64,000 nt of DNA from Chiloscyllium plagiosum (lineage: Eukaryota): contig NC_057749.1 in the NCBI RefSeq assembly GCF_004010195.1, positions 20,970,373 through 21,034,372 on the forward strand, in the 5' to 3' direction. Under the pieces are notes generated by a model. It was not told where the DNA came from, searched no databases, and worked only from the letters and a program-made list of their open reading frames with translations. A program made the translations under genes and the position numbers. Positions 1-12,947 of this stretch are shown in pieces (the stretch's first letter is position 1; every line of letters starts with the position of its first letter).

Positions 1-433
1 GCTTCAAGGGAAGGGTGTAATTGATATGTGGAGCTTGTTCAAGGAGCAACTGTTGAGTGTCCTTGATATTTATGTACCCGTCAGGCAGGGAGGAATGGGT
101 CGTGTGAGGGAGCCGTGGTTTAATAAGGAATTGGAATCTCTTGTTAAATGGAAGAGGGCGGCCTATGTAAAGATGAGGCGTGAAGGTTCAATTGGGGCGA
201 TTGAGAGTTATAAGGTAGCCAGGAAGGACCTGAAGAGAGAGCTAAGAGCAGCAAGGAGGGGACATGAAAGGTCCTTAGTTGGTAGGATTAGGGAAAACCC
301 TAAGGCTTTCTATAGGTATGTCAGGAATAAAAGAATGACTAGGGTAGGAATAGGTCCAGTCAAGGATAGTAGTGGGAAGTTGCGTGTGGAGGCTGAAGAG
401 ATTGGGGAGACACTGAATGAATACTTTTCGTCC
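1..433 (+). mobile_element. CR1/HER1-type LINE ORF2 fragment (linker between endonuclease and RT)
   Basis: ORF 26..439 has CR1 ORF2 motifs EPWFNKEL, RENPKAFYRYV, IGPVKD and ETLNEYFSS. Confidence 0.9.
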
Positions 434-845
434 ACATAACCTCCACATAATGTCGCAACTCCTATGGTCAAAGGGCTGAGCAATGAAGGCAAGTGTGCTA
501 AATGCCTTTTTAACCACCCTGTACAAATGTGACATAAAATTCAAAGAATAATGTACCTGCACCCTTAGGTCGTTCTGTTCTACAACACTACCCAAGATCC
601 TATCATTAATTGTGTAAGTCCTAGCCTTGTTGTACCAAAATGCAATACCCTGCATTTATCCAGATTGAACTCCATCTGCTATTTTTCAGCCCATTGACCA
701 TTTGACCAAGATCCCTTTGTAATCTTAGAACACTGTCTACTTCGCCACCAATTTTGCTGACGTCCACAAACTTACTAACCATGCCTTCTATATTCTCATC
801 CAAATCATTTATATAAATGACAAACAAAAGAGGACCCAGAACTAA
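434..845 (-). mobile_element. CR1 RT C-terminal fragment, inverted relative to 1..433
   Basis: Minus frames give [24 protein letters not shown] and RDL.VQVH..RVVKKAFSTLAFI; abrupt junction near 433. Confidence 0.85.
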
Positions 846-1698
846 TGGACAAAAATACCTAGTGCACCTCAAAATGCTGCTCCGTATGACCAGTATATTC
901 ATTTCCAAACATTACTGTATTTCCTACAGGTTTATTCTCTCTGGGAGCTGCCTCTGTGAATCTGGAAGCCTTCAGGTGTCACAAGGGTCTGCTTTGCACC
1001 ACAGAAAGTGGCCCTTAATAGCATCCTCAACTGTTCAAAATGGCTGCCTATCTCTACTCGCTGGCTAGCTTTCCAGAGACGTAACTGAGAAACCAGTCCC
1101 TAGTAGTTTGACAGAATCAGCGAATGGACCCAATGCAGCCCCCCTCCCTCAGCATTGTACCAGAATTGCCAGCCTTGGACAGGTAAAATTCTGGCCTCTG
1201 TATTTGAGGGAGAAAGTGGGTGCTGGATGACTTACAATACCACCTGATGTCCCTCCTTGGATAAGGGCAGATTAATGAACATTGTTTTCTTCTAGGCTTG
1301 AAATGCTAATATTTCTCAAAACTTAGAGCATATTTTTGTTTAAAATGTCATTGTCAAAAATAAATTTGTATCTATTCATTATAATCATATTAACTCATAC
1401 TATCAGCTAACCTTTCCAGTCTGGGTTGGTATCAGGTTGTTGGGTAAGTTTTTGTGAGTAGTAAAAAGGGCTGTTTTCATGACTGTAACTGATAAAAGCT
1501 AATTAGAAATGAATAAAATGAAGATATTGTTACATAGTGTGAAATGCTAATCTGAAGCAATGCGGTAATGTCAAAACGTGACCTTTCTGATGAAAACTAT
1601 TAGCATTTCATCAGGATCTGCTGGCATTTCTGAGATACAAGCAGTTTCAAAATAATCTATTCCATTGAACATTGATATTAAAGTGCCATTTTCTGACT

Positions 1699-1958
1699 TG
1701 TTATGAATGAAGATGGTCGCTTTATTTGGCTACATTGTCATTGTACAATCTCCATTTACGTCAGCACGTCACTGTGCCTGGGAGACCAACACGTACACAA
1801 GCCTACCTCCCACAGCGAGGAAGGCTTGCATTTTGCCTTCCGTGACTTTGGGATCTTCCAAACTGCCTTACTGCTGTTGCCTTTCACTGCTGTACGTAGG
1901 ATATACTACAGACTGGAGTTAGATCACGCACTGATCACCTCCTCTCGTGGATCATACA
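1699..1958 (-). mobile_element. Possible solo LTR
   Basis: About 260-bp CpG-containing unique block bounded by TGTTATGA...TCATACA, with AATAAA on the minus strand near its end; no TSD seen. Confidence 0.3.
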
Positions 1959-2128
1959 CCTAGAATGCTGGTGTTGCAGCTCTTGTGGAGAGAGAAACAA
2001 AGTTAAAACTTGAATTTGCTCTGACTGTTCTTTAGAACTCTGGCTGAGCTCAGCCTGCCATCCTTACTGGGGACAATGAGTCCAGAGCTAGGAGGGGGTC
2101 CTGACAAAAATTGCCATCGCAATCTCAC

Positions 2129-2490
2129 TTCAACCCCCGGGCATCAATGTGGACTTCACCAGTTTCCTCTTTTCCTCTCCCCCCACCTTACCCCAGTTCC
2201 AACCTTCCAGCTCAGCACTGTCCTCATGACCTGTCCTACCGGCCAATCTTCCTTCCCACCCATCCGCTCCACCCTCCCCTCTGACCTATCACCTCCATCC
2301 CCAACCCATTCACCTATTGTACTCTTTGCTACCTTTTTCTACCCAGCCACCCCCCCACCCTCCAACAATGTATCTCTCCCTGGAGGCTCCCTGACTCTAT
2401 TCCTGATGAGAGGCTTTTGCCCGAAATGTTGATTTTCCTCCTCCTTGGATGCTGCCTGACCTGCTGTGCTTTTCCAAAGCCATTCTGATC
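2129..2490 (+). mobile_element. Penelope-like element 3' end: end of GIY-YIG ORF plus pseudo-LTR
   Basis: Encodes LQPPGINVDFTSF, then a C-rich tract and the pLTR cctgatga..gcttttgcccgaaa..ggatgctgcctgacctgctg. Confidence 0.85.
2400..2433 (+). ncRNA. Minimal hammerhead ribozyme motif (PLE pLTR), slightly degenerate
   Basis: CTGATGA (2403-2409), then GGC-TTTT-GCC stem II, then GAAA (2423-2426). Confidence 0.6.
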
Positions 2491-2533
2491 TAAACACAGT
2501 CTCACTGCCCACCCGTGTGGATTCAGGATCTGA

Positions 2534-2660
2534 ATCTGAAGAAGAATCACACTGGACTTGAAATATTAATTCTGTGTCTCTGCACAGATGCTGCCAGACC
2601 TGCTGAGTTTCTCCAGCATTTTCTGTGTTTGTTTCACATTTCCAGCATCTGCAGTAATGT
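2534..2660 (+). mobile_element. Older PLE pLTR family fragment with degenerate hammerhead (CTGAAGA...GAAA)
   Basis: ctgaagaagaatcacactggacttgaaa followed by cacagatgctgccagacctgctgag; related copies near 25037, 45345(-), 55870(-) and 62110(-). Confidence 0.6.
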
Positions 2661-3124
2661 GCCTTTTCATGATGTCGATTTTGGGGTAAATATTGATCAA
2701 GGCATCAAAAAGGAATTGATTTGGTGCCCATGATATCTCGAGATGCCATCCAAACATTGGCATTCCCTCATGTACTAATGCGTCATGTGGTCCTGGCTCA
2801 TGTTCTCAAATCCTGAGAGTAAGGTTTGAACCCTAAAAGCCACATATTTCTGATGAAGATGGAAATGTGAGCCACTGACAGTATCATCTGTTGGAGTTGG
2901 TGTAACAATAGAACTACAAAAGTAGACGTTTGACTTATTTTTCATAAGAATTCCCTTTTTTGAACAATTGCATTTCTACCTGACCCGTCCTGTCAAATGA
3001 AATGCAGTTGATTGATGGAATCACATTGGGATGGGGTTTGATGAAAATGACATCGAGTCAACACGTTCGGTTTGGCAGGTCATGGCCCAACTCAGTGGAA
3101 TTGAAACAGGACCTTCTGATTGAT

Positions 3125-3592
3125 TGATTTATTTATTGTTGGCACATGTACCGATATACAGTGAAAAGTGTTGTTTTGCCTGCTGTACAGGCAGGTTGTA
3201 ACATACAGTATGCATCAGGGTAGCAGAATGGAGTGCAGAATACAGTGCTACACCCACAGAGAAAGTGCAGAGAGAGTTCAGAGTTAGCACTTGAGAGGTC
3301 CCTTCAAAAGTCTGATAACAGTGGGGAAGAAGCTGTTCCTGAATCTGCTTGTACATGTATTCAAATTTTTATATCTTCTGCCTGACGATAGAGGGTGGAA
3401 GAGAGTGTAAGGGGGTCATTGATGATGTTGGCTGCTTTCCCGAGGAAGTGTAGATGGAATCGATGGGTGGAAGGCTGGTTTGCGTGATGGACTGGGCTGT
3501 GTTCACAACACTCTATAGGATCTTGCCATCTTGGGCAGAGCAGTTGCCAGACCAAGCTGTGATACATTCGGATGGGATGCATTCAATGGTGT
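3125..3592 (-). mobile_element. Rex1/Babar-type LINE 3' end
   Basis: Frameshifted translation CITAWSGNCSAQD..VVNTAQSITQTSLPPIDSIY..GRRY..RFRNSFFP..IRLL; tail cttttcactgta..ggtacatgtg..aataa. Confidence 0.8.
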
Positions 3593-3824
3593 CAAGAGTC
3601 TAAAGACAGGAATGTGAACAAACCTAGCTGGCGAAGATTTGAGCTTCTGCAGCAAGATCTCAAGGGATTTTGAATCCATTTCCTTGGCCACGATGGCAAA
3701 GTCAAATTGTTTTGAGCTAATTGATCCAAGTACATGTTAACACACTTCCTGGGCAGCTGGGACTTGAACCTGGATCCTCTCAACCATCAGTGGGGTCATT
3801 ACCACTGTCCCACAAGAATTTTTG

Positions 3825-4090
3825 CAATGTGTGGAGTTTGCATATTCTCCCTGTGTCAGTGTAGGTTTCCTCCAGGTGTTCTGTTTCCTCCCACAATCCA
3901 AAGTCTAAAGATGTGCAGGTTGGGTGAATTGGCCATGGTAAATTGCCCGTGGTGTTCAGGGAGTGTAGTTTGGGGCATTAGTCAGGGGAAATGTAAAGTA
4001 ATAGGGTAAGGGAATGGCTCTTTGGAGGGTCGGTGTGGACTTGTCGGGCCAAATGGCCCGTTTCCACACTGTGGGGATTCTATGACTCTA
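3825..4090 (+). mobile_element. HE1-type (V-SINE core) SINE, 5' truncated
   Basis: tgtgtggagtttgca..ttctccc core and gggcc..tggccygtttccacactg tail. Confidence 0.85.
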
Positions 4091-4425
4091 TGCCTGCCAC
4101 ATGTAGCAAGAGATTTATATAAATAGGATTAATTTTCCACTGCCTCAGTTCATCAGCAGTGAATGCAGATTTCCAATCTAACTGCTGCAGATTGGCTGGC
4201 CTGAGATTTTTAGGAACTGAATTCTACCAAGAAGACAATAAGTTTTGATTCTCTTCACAAATATAAATTTGCAAATTTTACAAATCTCTGTTTGCCCTCA
4301 TATACTATAAGCACATTGCACAGCAACGAGAGAACAGTTTGGAGCACCATCTGTGGATTTATTTGTGAATCAAGCTTCAATTAGCTCTGCATTGGTTAAT
4401 GAGTTAACATTGAAGACGAAGAAAT

Positions 4426-4592
4426 AGATTAGATTAGATTCCCTACAGTGTGGATCCAGGCCCTTCGGCCCAACAAGTCCACACCGACCCTCCGAAGAGC
4501 AACCCACCCAGACCCATTCCCCTACCCTATACATACTCCTGACTAATGCATCTAACACTATGGGCAATTGAGCATGGCCAATTCACCTGACC
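4426..4592 (-). mobile_element. HE1-type SINE 3' fragment
   Basis: (tagat)n tail and HE1 3' region. Confidence 0.85.
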
Positions 4593-6473
4593 TAAGTATG
4601 TTATATAGGAATTAAGGGCTACGGGAAGAATGCGGGTAAGTGGAGTTGAAATGCCCATCAGCCATGATTGAATGGCGGAGTGGACTCGATGGGCCAAATG
4701 GCCTTACTTCCACTCCTATGTCTTATGGTCTTATGGTCTTATGGTCTTATGGTTATAAATGAACAGGTTCTTGTTCTGTATTATGGAAGAGGTTCTCATT
4801 GCATGTTCATTCATGCGGGGATTGGGCGACTGAGTGATACAATTGCTCTCTCAACTATAAAATCCTGGCTTTGATTCCAGCTCAGATATTGAGCTAATGC
4901 CTTTCAGCTTGATGCCTGTGAGAGTCCCAAAGAATATAAGTTTGAGTTAGCTTTACTCAATGGTCCAGATTTTAATGAGACAGTATTGGCATCTGACAAA
5001 GTGAGCGGTTGTTAGTGTGGGATCTCATTCCTTCAGGTAAATTGTTGGAGATTTTATCAAAATTAGAATTTGAATTATGTTTTTCCTTTTCCTTTGAAGT
5101 CTCATTCCATTCTCTCTTAATACAATCTTATTTTCCCTTTCTTGGTTTCTCTTTCTGCACTTGATTCACTCAGTCTAATTCACCCTGTTTCCTTCTCAGT
5201 TTCTTAAAGACTCACAGACATTTACAGCATGAGGGAGACCATTCAGTCCATTGTCTGCTCTGCTCCACAAACGTCAGACTACACTCTTGGTAGATTTGTG
5301 AAGGAGATACCCTGCTTGTTCCATCATTTACCAAGGTGTCACACGTCCCTTTACCCTTGCGTATTTCCTCATTATCAGTTTTCACTTCCAGTAACTTTGT
5401 AGCGAAGAGTTTTAACTCCTCATTGTGTCGGAACTAGATGAATTTACCAGATGCATATGTAATGCCTCACTCCTGCACAGTGCAAAACCCACAATGTGTT
5501 GCTAATCCTATAGAAAGGTTCATGATGATGCAGATATAACCACAAGAAGGGATGTTTAGCTGACATTGACACAGAAATTTAGACCCATAATTGTGAGTAC
5601 ATTTTTAAATTCAAAGTTACAATCTAAAACAGGGCACAAAAAATTCAATGAGGCATAAAGACACACAAAGCAGCTTTGAAATATAAAACCCACATCAGGT
5701 GGAGTCTGGTCTCACAGATATAAATGGAAATGTTATTACAGTGCTCATGCTAACCGAATAGTAATTACACAACCCACATTGATAAGGCCTTAAAACCACT
5801 TGACAAATATCTTCGAGTGTGATCTTATCATCCAGCTTGACATTACTCTGCCATCAGATCCTGGGAAAATCACTTTTCCCTCCTTTTACTTTCTTTCTGA
5901 AGTAATAGAGCTTTGTGCCATGTAGAGATTTGGCACCAGGTCATTGTATAACGCCTTGTCCCTCAGTTTGCAATCTAGAGGCATCAACAATAAAACTAAC
6001 TGCCCTTTAGATTGAACTGAACTAGAACTCTGCTTGAGTGTGTTAGGGACCAGAAACTGCTTTTTCAAACAAAAAACCCAAAATACCAATTATTTGCTAA
6101 AAGAATTAAACTACAAGATGTCATAGAAGAATTTTCATTATGCCAGAGTCAAACGAGCAAACACTAAATATTGTCTTAGATAACCTCCACTACTCTGAAG
6201 TCCAGAGTCAGCATGTTACGTATGAATTTACAGGCAAATTGTGTCCAATTGTAAATGATAAATGGCAGGCACAGTGGAGTCAGAATGATTGGATTGGCAG
6301 TCTGCACAGCGTGACTGTCACTCACAAAGTTATTCAAAACTCCAGCCCAGATTTTCACCATGAGCTCCACATCCTGGTGGAAATGGAGGAAGTGACTTGG
6401 TATTGCAGTCCCTCACCCAGACATTACACTTCCCTTTCTCTTTGGAGTAGGGTCAGCTCAGGTTTGGTGAAAT

Positions 6474-6793
6474 GGGCAGTACGGTGGCACAGTGGTTAGC
6501 ACTGCTGCCTCACAGCGCCAGAGACCTGGGTTCAATTCCCGCCTTGGGCAACTGACTGTGTGGAATTTGCACATTCTCCCCGTGTCTGCGTGGGTTTCCT
6601 CCGGGTGCTCCGGTTTCCTCCCATAGTCCAAAGATATGCAGGTTAGGTGAATTGGCCATGCTGAATTGCCCATAGAGTCAGGTGAAGGGGTAAATGTAGG
6701 GGAATGGGTCTGGGTGGATTGTTCTTCGGACGGTCAGTGTGGACTTGTTGGGCCGAAGGGCCTGTTTCCACACTGTAAGTAATCTAATCTAAT
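6474..6793 (+). mobile_element. HE1-type SINE, full length
   Basis: tRNA-like head (tggcacagtggttag A box, ggttcaattcc B box), V-domain, LINE-derived tail, (taatc)n end. Confidence 0.92.
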
Positions 6794-7119
6794 CAATGCT
6801 CATTTCAGCTGCTTCCATGGAAGTGGGAGTTTGGAAGTGGGTCTGGAGTCAGGACTGTGCACATTAGACCTGCTAAAGGCAAATCTAAACTTTGTTGATT
6901 CATCTGAGTATGCAGGGCTGTCCTTTAGAGAGGTAAGATACCCGTATACATAGGGTCCTTGTACTTTGGCAGGATAAGGAATGGAGTGTCAGATATCTTT
7001 GGGGAGGGTTGGTATACTTTTCAGGGTTTAGGTATTCTTTTGAATTGTCAACAGCTCGGAAGATTGTGCCTAAATGTAGAAACTCTTTGGAACTGTGAAA
7101 GAAGAATCCAACCTATCAA

Positions 7120-7265
7120 AAACAATGTCAAGCCATGACAAACCTGCCAATTATAGTTTAACATGTCAAGAACTGTAACCTGATAAGAAGTGTCTAACCT
7201 GTCAAGATGTGTCTAACCTGTCAAGAAATGTCTAACCTGTCAAGAATTCACAGACCCATCAAGAA
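7120..7265. repeat. Degenerate ~19-21 bp tandem repeat (tgtctaacctgtcaagaa)
   Basis: Three near-perfect units at about 7190-7244 with decayed flanking units. Confidence 0.75.
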
Positions 7266-8439
7266 GTATTAACTTTTCTTTGTTAATTTGATGCAATCTA
7301 CCATATAAAACAGTAAATAACAGAGCTTTATTTTTCTCCTGTTATCTGTGGATATGAGGTGAGTTTGGAAGGGCTGGTAGGTGGAACCGTAAGTTGTCAT
7401 GAGGTGGCACTAATTTGCCAAAGGGGGATGTGGGGGTAGAGGAGCATAGGATGGCACAGGGTGGAACCATGTGTAGAAGGGTTTAGAGTAGCACAGGGGC
7501 TCTGAGAGTCCATGGGGGATGACGAAAGGGTGTAAGGTGGGATGGGGTACAGGCAGGATATGGAGGTGGAGGTGGGTGTTGAGGTGTGAGGGTAGGAGAA
7601 ACATTTCAGATTTTATTTTTACTTTTGGACATAGCCACCAGGCCAACATTCCACCAGAAACCAACACTCTCTTTAGCTCTGCCTAGGCCATCGCAACTTC
7701 TAATTGATAACTGCCTCCAAATGGAAAATAATCAAACTTTGAAAGCTGAGTTTGTGGAGCTGGGAATTCTCCTGCCCAGGGGGCAAAGATTCATTCCTCT
7801 GTATTCCTCGCAAAGAGATTCATCTTCTTTTTGGGTGGAGCCTGATTCCAGGTGACAGCAATGACCAGCCAAACTCGACACCGATGAACACTGTCTTCAC
7901 ACCTAGTGGCAGAACCTCCTTACCAGGCTCTGGGTGCCATAGATTGAGCCAATGTTATCTTTGAGTAAGATAGACACAGACAGCTGCAGCAACATATCCT
8001 CAACTTCTGGATCGGGACACTATATGCTTCACTTTCCACGCACAGCATCAAGTGGTACCACCCAGCTTGGGTGGCACTGCATCCCTTTATATAACCTCCA
8101 GCAGTTTCACTTTGACCAGAGCCTTGTTTTCCAAATCTCAGTTTCAGTTTCATATCCTTAAAAACTGGGAGGATATGTTTCCTTTCTCTGGTTCCCTTTT
8201 TGGTTCCTGCTTCAGGTTTTAAACTTTCAGAGGTATTGGTGGCCTACTGTTAATATCACTGACCTAGTAATCCTGGATACCTGGGAGTCAGAGCCTGCAG
8301 GGGAGTTGTACAGAGTGGTGAATATAAAACATCTTCTGAACCAGGGGAAAGAAATCAGAGTGATGCCACAGGATAGCAGCAAACTGATTGAGAAACTCCC
8401 CCTACATCACAGTTACTTAATAAAAGCGCAAAACTATTT

Positions 8440-9323
8440 AGGGATGAAGTTAGCTAGCCAGACTAAGGTAGTTTAAATTGTCACATATGAGGAGACACAG
8501 AATCTCCCAGTGTCCAGGATGACCACGTGTGCAGGAAATGCTCTCAACTGCACAGATTGGAACTCTGAGCTCAAGCAGCAGCTGGAGACACTGTGGCACA
8601 TCCATGAGGCACAGAGATCTGTAGATAATACATTTAGAGGGATGGTCACACCACATCTGAAGGGATTGGAGGGAAAAAGGAAATGGGTGAGCACCAGGTA
8701 GTCAAAGAGAAACAGACGGGTAGTGCAGGAACCCCCTGCAGTCTCTTGTTCTGGAAGCTGAGGATGGCACTCCCTCAAGGGAGTGTTATCAGAATAGGCT
8801 TCTGATAGCACAAGCAGCCTGACTGGACAGGAGAAGAGGAGGAAGGAAACAGCAGCAATTATCGTAAGAGATTCATTATGTAGGGGCACACTGGCCACTG
8901 ACATGACTCCAGGATGGTGTGTTGCCTCCTTGGTGCCAAGGTCAGGGATGTCACTGAGTGGCTGCAGGGGTTCTGAAAGGGAGATTGATAAGACAGAAGT
9001 CGTGGTACACAGTGGTCCCAACAATATAGAGAGAACAAGGGTTGAGGTCTGGCATCAAGAGTTTAAATGCAAGACCTCAAAGATTGTTATCTCAGGATTA
9101 CTCCTGATGCCACATGCTACCGAGCACAGAAATAGGAGAATAGAGGAAGTGAATGTGTGGCTCAAGAGCTGGTGCAGGAGGGAAGGTTTTAGATTTCTGT
9201 ATCACTGGGAACGTTTTGGGGAAAGCTGAAACTCTATAAGCAGGATGGTCTGCTCCTGAATCAAAATGGGACTAACATCCTGATGGGAGGGTTTGCTAGT
9301 GCTGCAGCAAGGAGTTTAAACTA
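8440..9323 (+). mobile_element. CR1 ORF1 relic (Cys-rich N-terminus plus SGNH esterase-like domain)
   Basis: DDHVCRKC; VVHSGPNNI; KIVISGLL..RNRRIEEVNVWLKSWCRREGFRFLYHW; LYKQDGL.LNQNGTNIL; frameshifted. Confidence 0.85.
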
Positions 9324-10544
9324 GTTAAGCCGGGGCAGGGGACATTGTGCATTAGTTCAATCGCAACACTATAACGTAGAAAAAGAAACCAAGGCAGAGC
9401 ACGTTCAGCCATGTGGCGTCTCAAGGGAGTAATGTGAGGCTGAATGGCCTGTACTTTAATGTTAGGAATATAAGAGGGAACAGAGTGAGTTCAGGGTAGG
9501 GATTGTCATGTGAAACTGCATTGTTGTTGCCATCACAGAGACCTGATTGAGGGAGGGACAAGACTGACAATTTAACATTTCCAGGTATAGGATCTTCAGA
9601 CAGAATGGGGGGGGGGGTCTAAAAGTGGAGGTGATGTTGCATACTTAATGAAGGAGTCAGTTACTACAGTAAGGAGGGATGGTATCTTGGAACGATCGTC
9701 CAATGAGGCATTATAGGTAGAATTTAGGAATATAAAGGGAGCAGTCAGGCTGTTTAGAATTTATTATAGATCCCCAAACAGTCAGCAGGCAATTAAGAAG
9801 CAGATAAACCGTCAATTCACTAAGGCATGTAGAGATAATAATAGGATATGTCCATTAGGAGATTTCAACCACTCCAATATTAATTGGGATAATCATAGTT
9901 TAGAGATGGGGCAGATTTCTTGAAATGTATACAGGAGAGCGTTTTATCCCAACATGTAGATGGCCCTACAAAGGATGGAACTAATTCTGGGGAATGAAGC
10001 CAGTCAAAGTTTCGAGGTGACAGTGGGGGAGTGTTTTAGTGATAGCCACCATAATACCGTACATTTTAGGTTTGGAAAAGGAGAAAGATGGTCTACAAAA
10101 AAGGGTTTTGGATTCGGGGAAGGCAGGTTTTATTAAAATAAAGCAGGATCTGGCCAAAATAAACTGGGAAGAGCTACTTGAGGAAAAATCTATATCAGAA
10201 CAGTGGGCAGTGTTCAAAAAGTACCAGAGAGAGGATAGGCCCAACATGTTCCCTTAAAGGTGAAATGCAGGAGTAACATGTCCAGAGAACCCTGGATGAC
10301 CAAGAGTGTTCGGGACTAGATAAAAATTAGTACAAAGGGGACAAAACAACTGAGGCCTTAGAGGAATTTAGAAAGTGTGTGTGGTGGGGGGGAGGTCTTA
10401 AGAAAGCAATTAGAGCAAAGAGGGGGCATGAGAAAACACACTGGTGGGCAAGATTAGGGACCATGTCCTAATCTAATGCGTGTGAAGCCAGAGGACATTG
10501 TTAGAGTGTTAAATGGGTATTTCATATCTGTCTGAAGGATGGGT

Positions 10545-11442
10545 TGGTGAATTGACAGTTTATCTGCTCCTTAATTGCCTGCTGACTATTTGGGGGCCTA
10601 TAATACACTCTTAACAGCCTGACTGTCCCCTTTTTATTCCTAAATTCTACCTACAAAGCCTCATTGGACGATCGTTCCAAGATACCATCCCTCCTTACTG
10701 TGTTAACTGACTGCTTCAATAATAATGCAACGCCACCTCCACTTTTATACCCCCCACCCTTGGATAGGATAAATAGGCAAAGTATTTTCCCTGGGGTCGG
10801 GGAGTCCTGAACTAGAGGGCATAGGTTTAGGGTGAGAGGGGAAAGATATAAAAGAGACCTACAGGGCAACTTTTTCACACAGAGGGTGGTACATGTATGG
10901 AATGAGCTGCCAGAGGATGTGGTGGAGGCTGGTACAATTGCAACACTTAAGAGGCGTTTGGATGGGTATATGAATAAGAAGGGTTTGGAGGGATATGGGC
11001 CAGGTGCTGGCAGGTGGGACTAGATTGGGTTGGGATATCTGGTCGGCATGGATGGGTTGGACCAAAGGGTCTGTTTCCATGCTGTATGACGCTAACCTGT
11101 CTGAAGATCCTATACCTGGAAATGTTAAATTGTCAGTCTTGTCCCTCCCTCAATCAGGTCTCTGTGATGGTGACAACATTGCAGTTTCATATGTCAATCC
11201 CTACCCTGAACTCACTCTGTTACCTCTTATATTCCTAACATTAATGTACAGGCCATTCAGCCTCACATTACTCCCTTGAGACACCACATGGCTGGATGTG
11301 CTCTGCCTTGGTTCCTTCTCTAAGTTACAGAGTTGAAATCAAAACTATGTCCCCTGTTTCAGCTGAACTAGTGTAAACTTCTCACTGCAATACTAGCAAA
11401 CCTTCCCACAAGGATGTTAGTCCCATTCTGATTCAGGAGCAG
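10545..11442 (-). mobile_element. Inverted copy of the CR1 ORF1/ORF2 junction (mirror of about 9250-9822), split by a younger insertion
   Basis: 10545-10757 is the reverse complement of about 9606-9822; 11097-11442 of about 9250-9603. Confidence 0.85.
10760..11090 (+). mobile_element. CR1/HER1 3' end
   Basis: RGHRFRVRGERYKRDLQGNFFTQRVVHVWNELPEDVVEAGTI..LKRRLDGYM plus 3' UTR. Confidence 0.9.
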
Positions 11443-12389
11443 GAAGAGATAGGGACTGTGAGGTTCTTGCGCAGATTAACATTGGGAGCAAGGCAGTATT
11501 GGAGGTTTTGGTGGATTTAAAAATGGACAAATCCCCTGGTCTCGATGAGTTGTATCCCAGGATGCTGTAGGAGATGAAGAAGGAAATCACTGCGGCCCAG
11601 ACCAAAATTGTTAATTCCTCTCTGGCCACACAGGAGGTGCCAGATGGCTGACGGATAGCTAATGGGGTTCCACATTTTCAGAAGGATGGTAGAGATATAC
11701 GAGGAACTATAGACCAGTGAATCTCACACCAACAGCCTTGTCAGAGGGAGGTCATTCTGAACAATTCTATTGGAAATGTTTGAAGATGTGACCAAGTGTG
11801 TAGATGAGGGTAGTGCAGTTGATGTAGTTTAAATGGATTTCTGTAAAGTCTTTAACAAGGTACCAAATGAAAGACTGGTAAAGAAGATAAAAGCATGGAA
11901 GGTCCAAGGTAAACTAGCAAAATGGTTCCAAAATTAGCTTAGTGATAGGAGAGAGAGGGGTGATGGAAGGCTGTTTGTGTACCTGAAAGCTGGTATGCAG
12001 GGATTGTTCATAAACTATAGACATGAGAATGTCCGGAGCTGAAAGGTAAGGTTGTGGATGCACAAATATTGGCTAGGTGGTTGACAGTGAGGAGAAAGGT
12101 GTTAGGTTACAGAAGCATAGAGACAATTGTTCAGATGGGCAGATCGATGGCAAATAAAATTTAACCCTGGTAAAAGTGATGCATTTTGGAAACGGGAACA
12201 AAACAAGTGAGTACTCAATGCACAGTAAAACACAAAGAAGCCAGGGTTGGAATGAGTGTCAATGATGGGAGAGCCCAGTACGCCAGTATGAAAAATAAGG
12301 CTGAAGCACTCATAACAATCTTCAGCCAGAAGTGCAAAGTAGATGATCCATTTTAGCCTCCTCCAGTGGTCTCAAGCATAACAGATACC

Positions 12390-12700
12390 ATAAGACCATA
12401 AGACATAGGAGTAGAAATTAGGCCATTCAGCTCATTGAGTTTGCTCCATCATTCAATCATGGCTGATAGGTTTTTCAACCCCATTTACCCACTTTCTCCC
12501 TGTAACCCTTGATCCCCTCGGCAATGAAGGACTTATCTCTCACTATCTTAGATATTATTAATGACTGGCCTTCACAGCCTTCTGTGGCAGTGAATTCCAT
12601 AGATTCCCCACTCTCTGGGTGAAGAAGTTTCTCCTTATCTCTGTTCAAAAGGGTCTTCCCTTTACTCTGAGGCTGTGTCCTCAGGATCCTTGTCTCCTCT
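12390..12700 (-). mobile_element. CR1 3' end with (ccataaga)n tail, nested in the second LINE lineage
   Basis: RNFFTQRVGNLWNSLPQKAV on the minus strand; microsatellite tail. Confidence 0.85.
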
Positions 12701-12947
12701 ATCAACAGAAACAATGTGGAAATTTGCCCGGGTGTGTCCTCTGAACAAGAAGCAGGACAAATCCAACCTGGAAAATGAGTGCCCCATTATCAGTCCATTC
12801 TCAATCATCAGTAAAGTGATGGAAGGTGTCATCAACAGTGCTATCAAGCAGCACCTGCTCAGCAATAGCCTACTCAGTGACGCCCAGTTTGGGTTCCCCC
12901 AGGGCCATTTAGCTCCTGACCTCATTACAGTCTTTGTTCAAACATGG

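Larger units (their letters stand above)
9400..12240 (+). mobile_element. CR1 ORF2 relic (APE endonuclease to RT), interrupted
   Basis: AITET..., YYRSPNS, LGDFN..NINW, DKSPG.DELYPRML and NYRPVNLT motifs with many stops and frameshifts. Confidence 0.85.

Noticed and set aside
930..1182. Plus-strand exon candidate (cctacag acceptor, CAG|gtaaaa donor)
   Set aside because: No open frame across the segment and no partner exons identified.
6474..6550. tRNA genes suggested by A/B boxes (also at 12948, 32381 and 61758)
   Set aside because: These are tRNA-derived heads of HE1 SINEs that run on into the SINE body.
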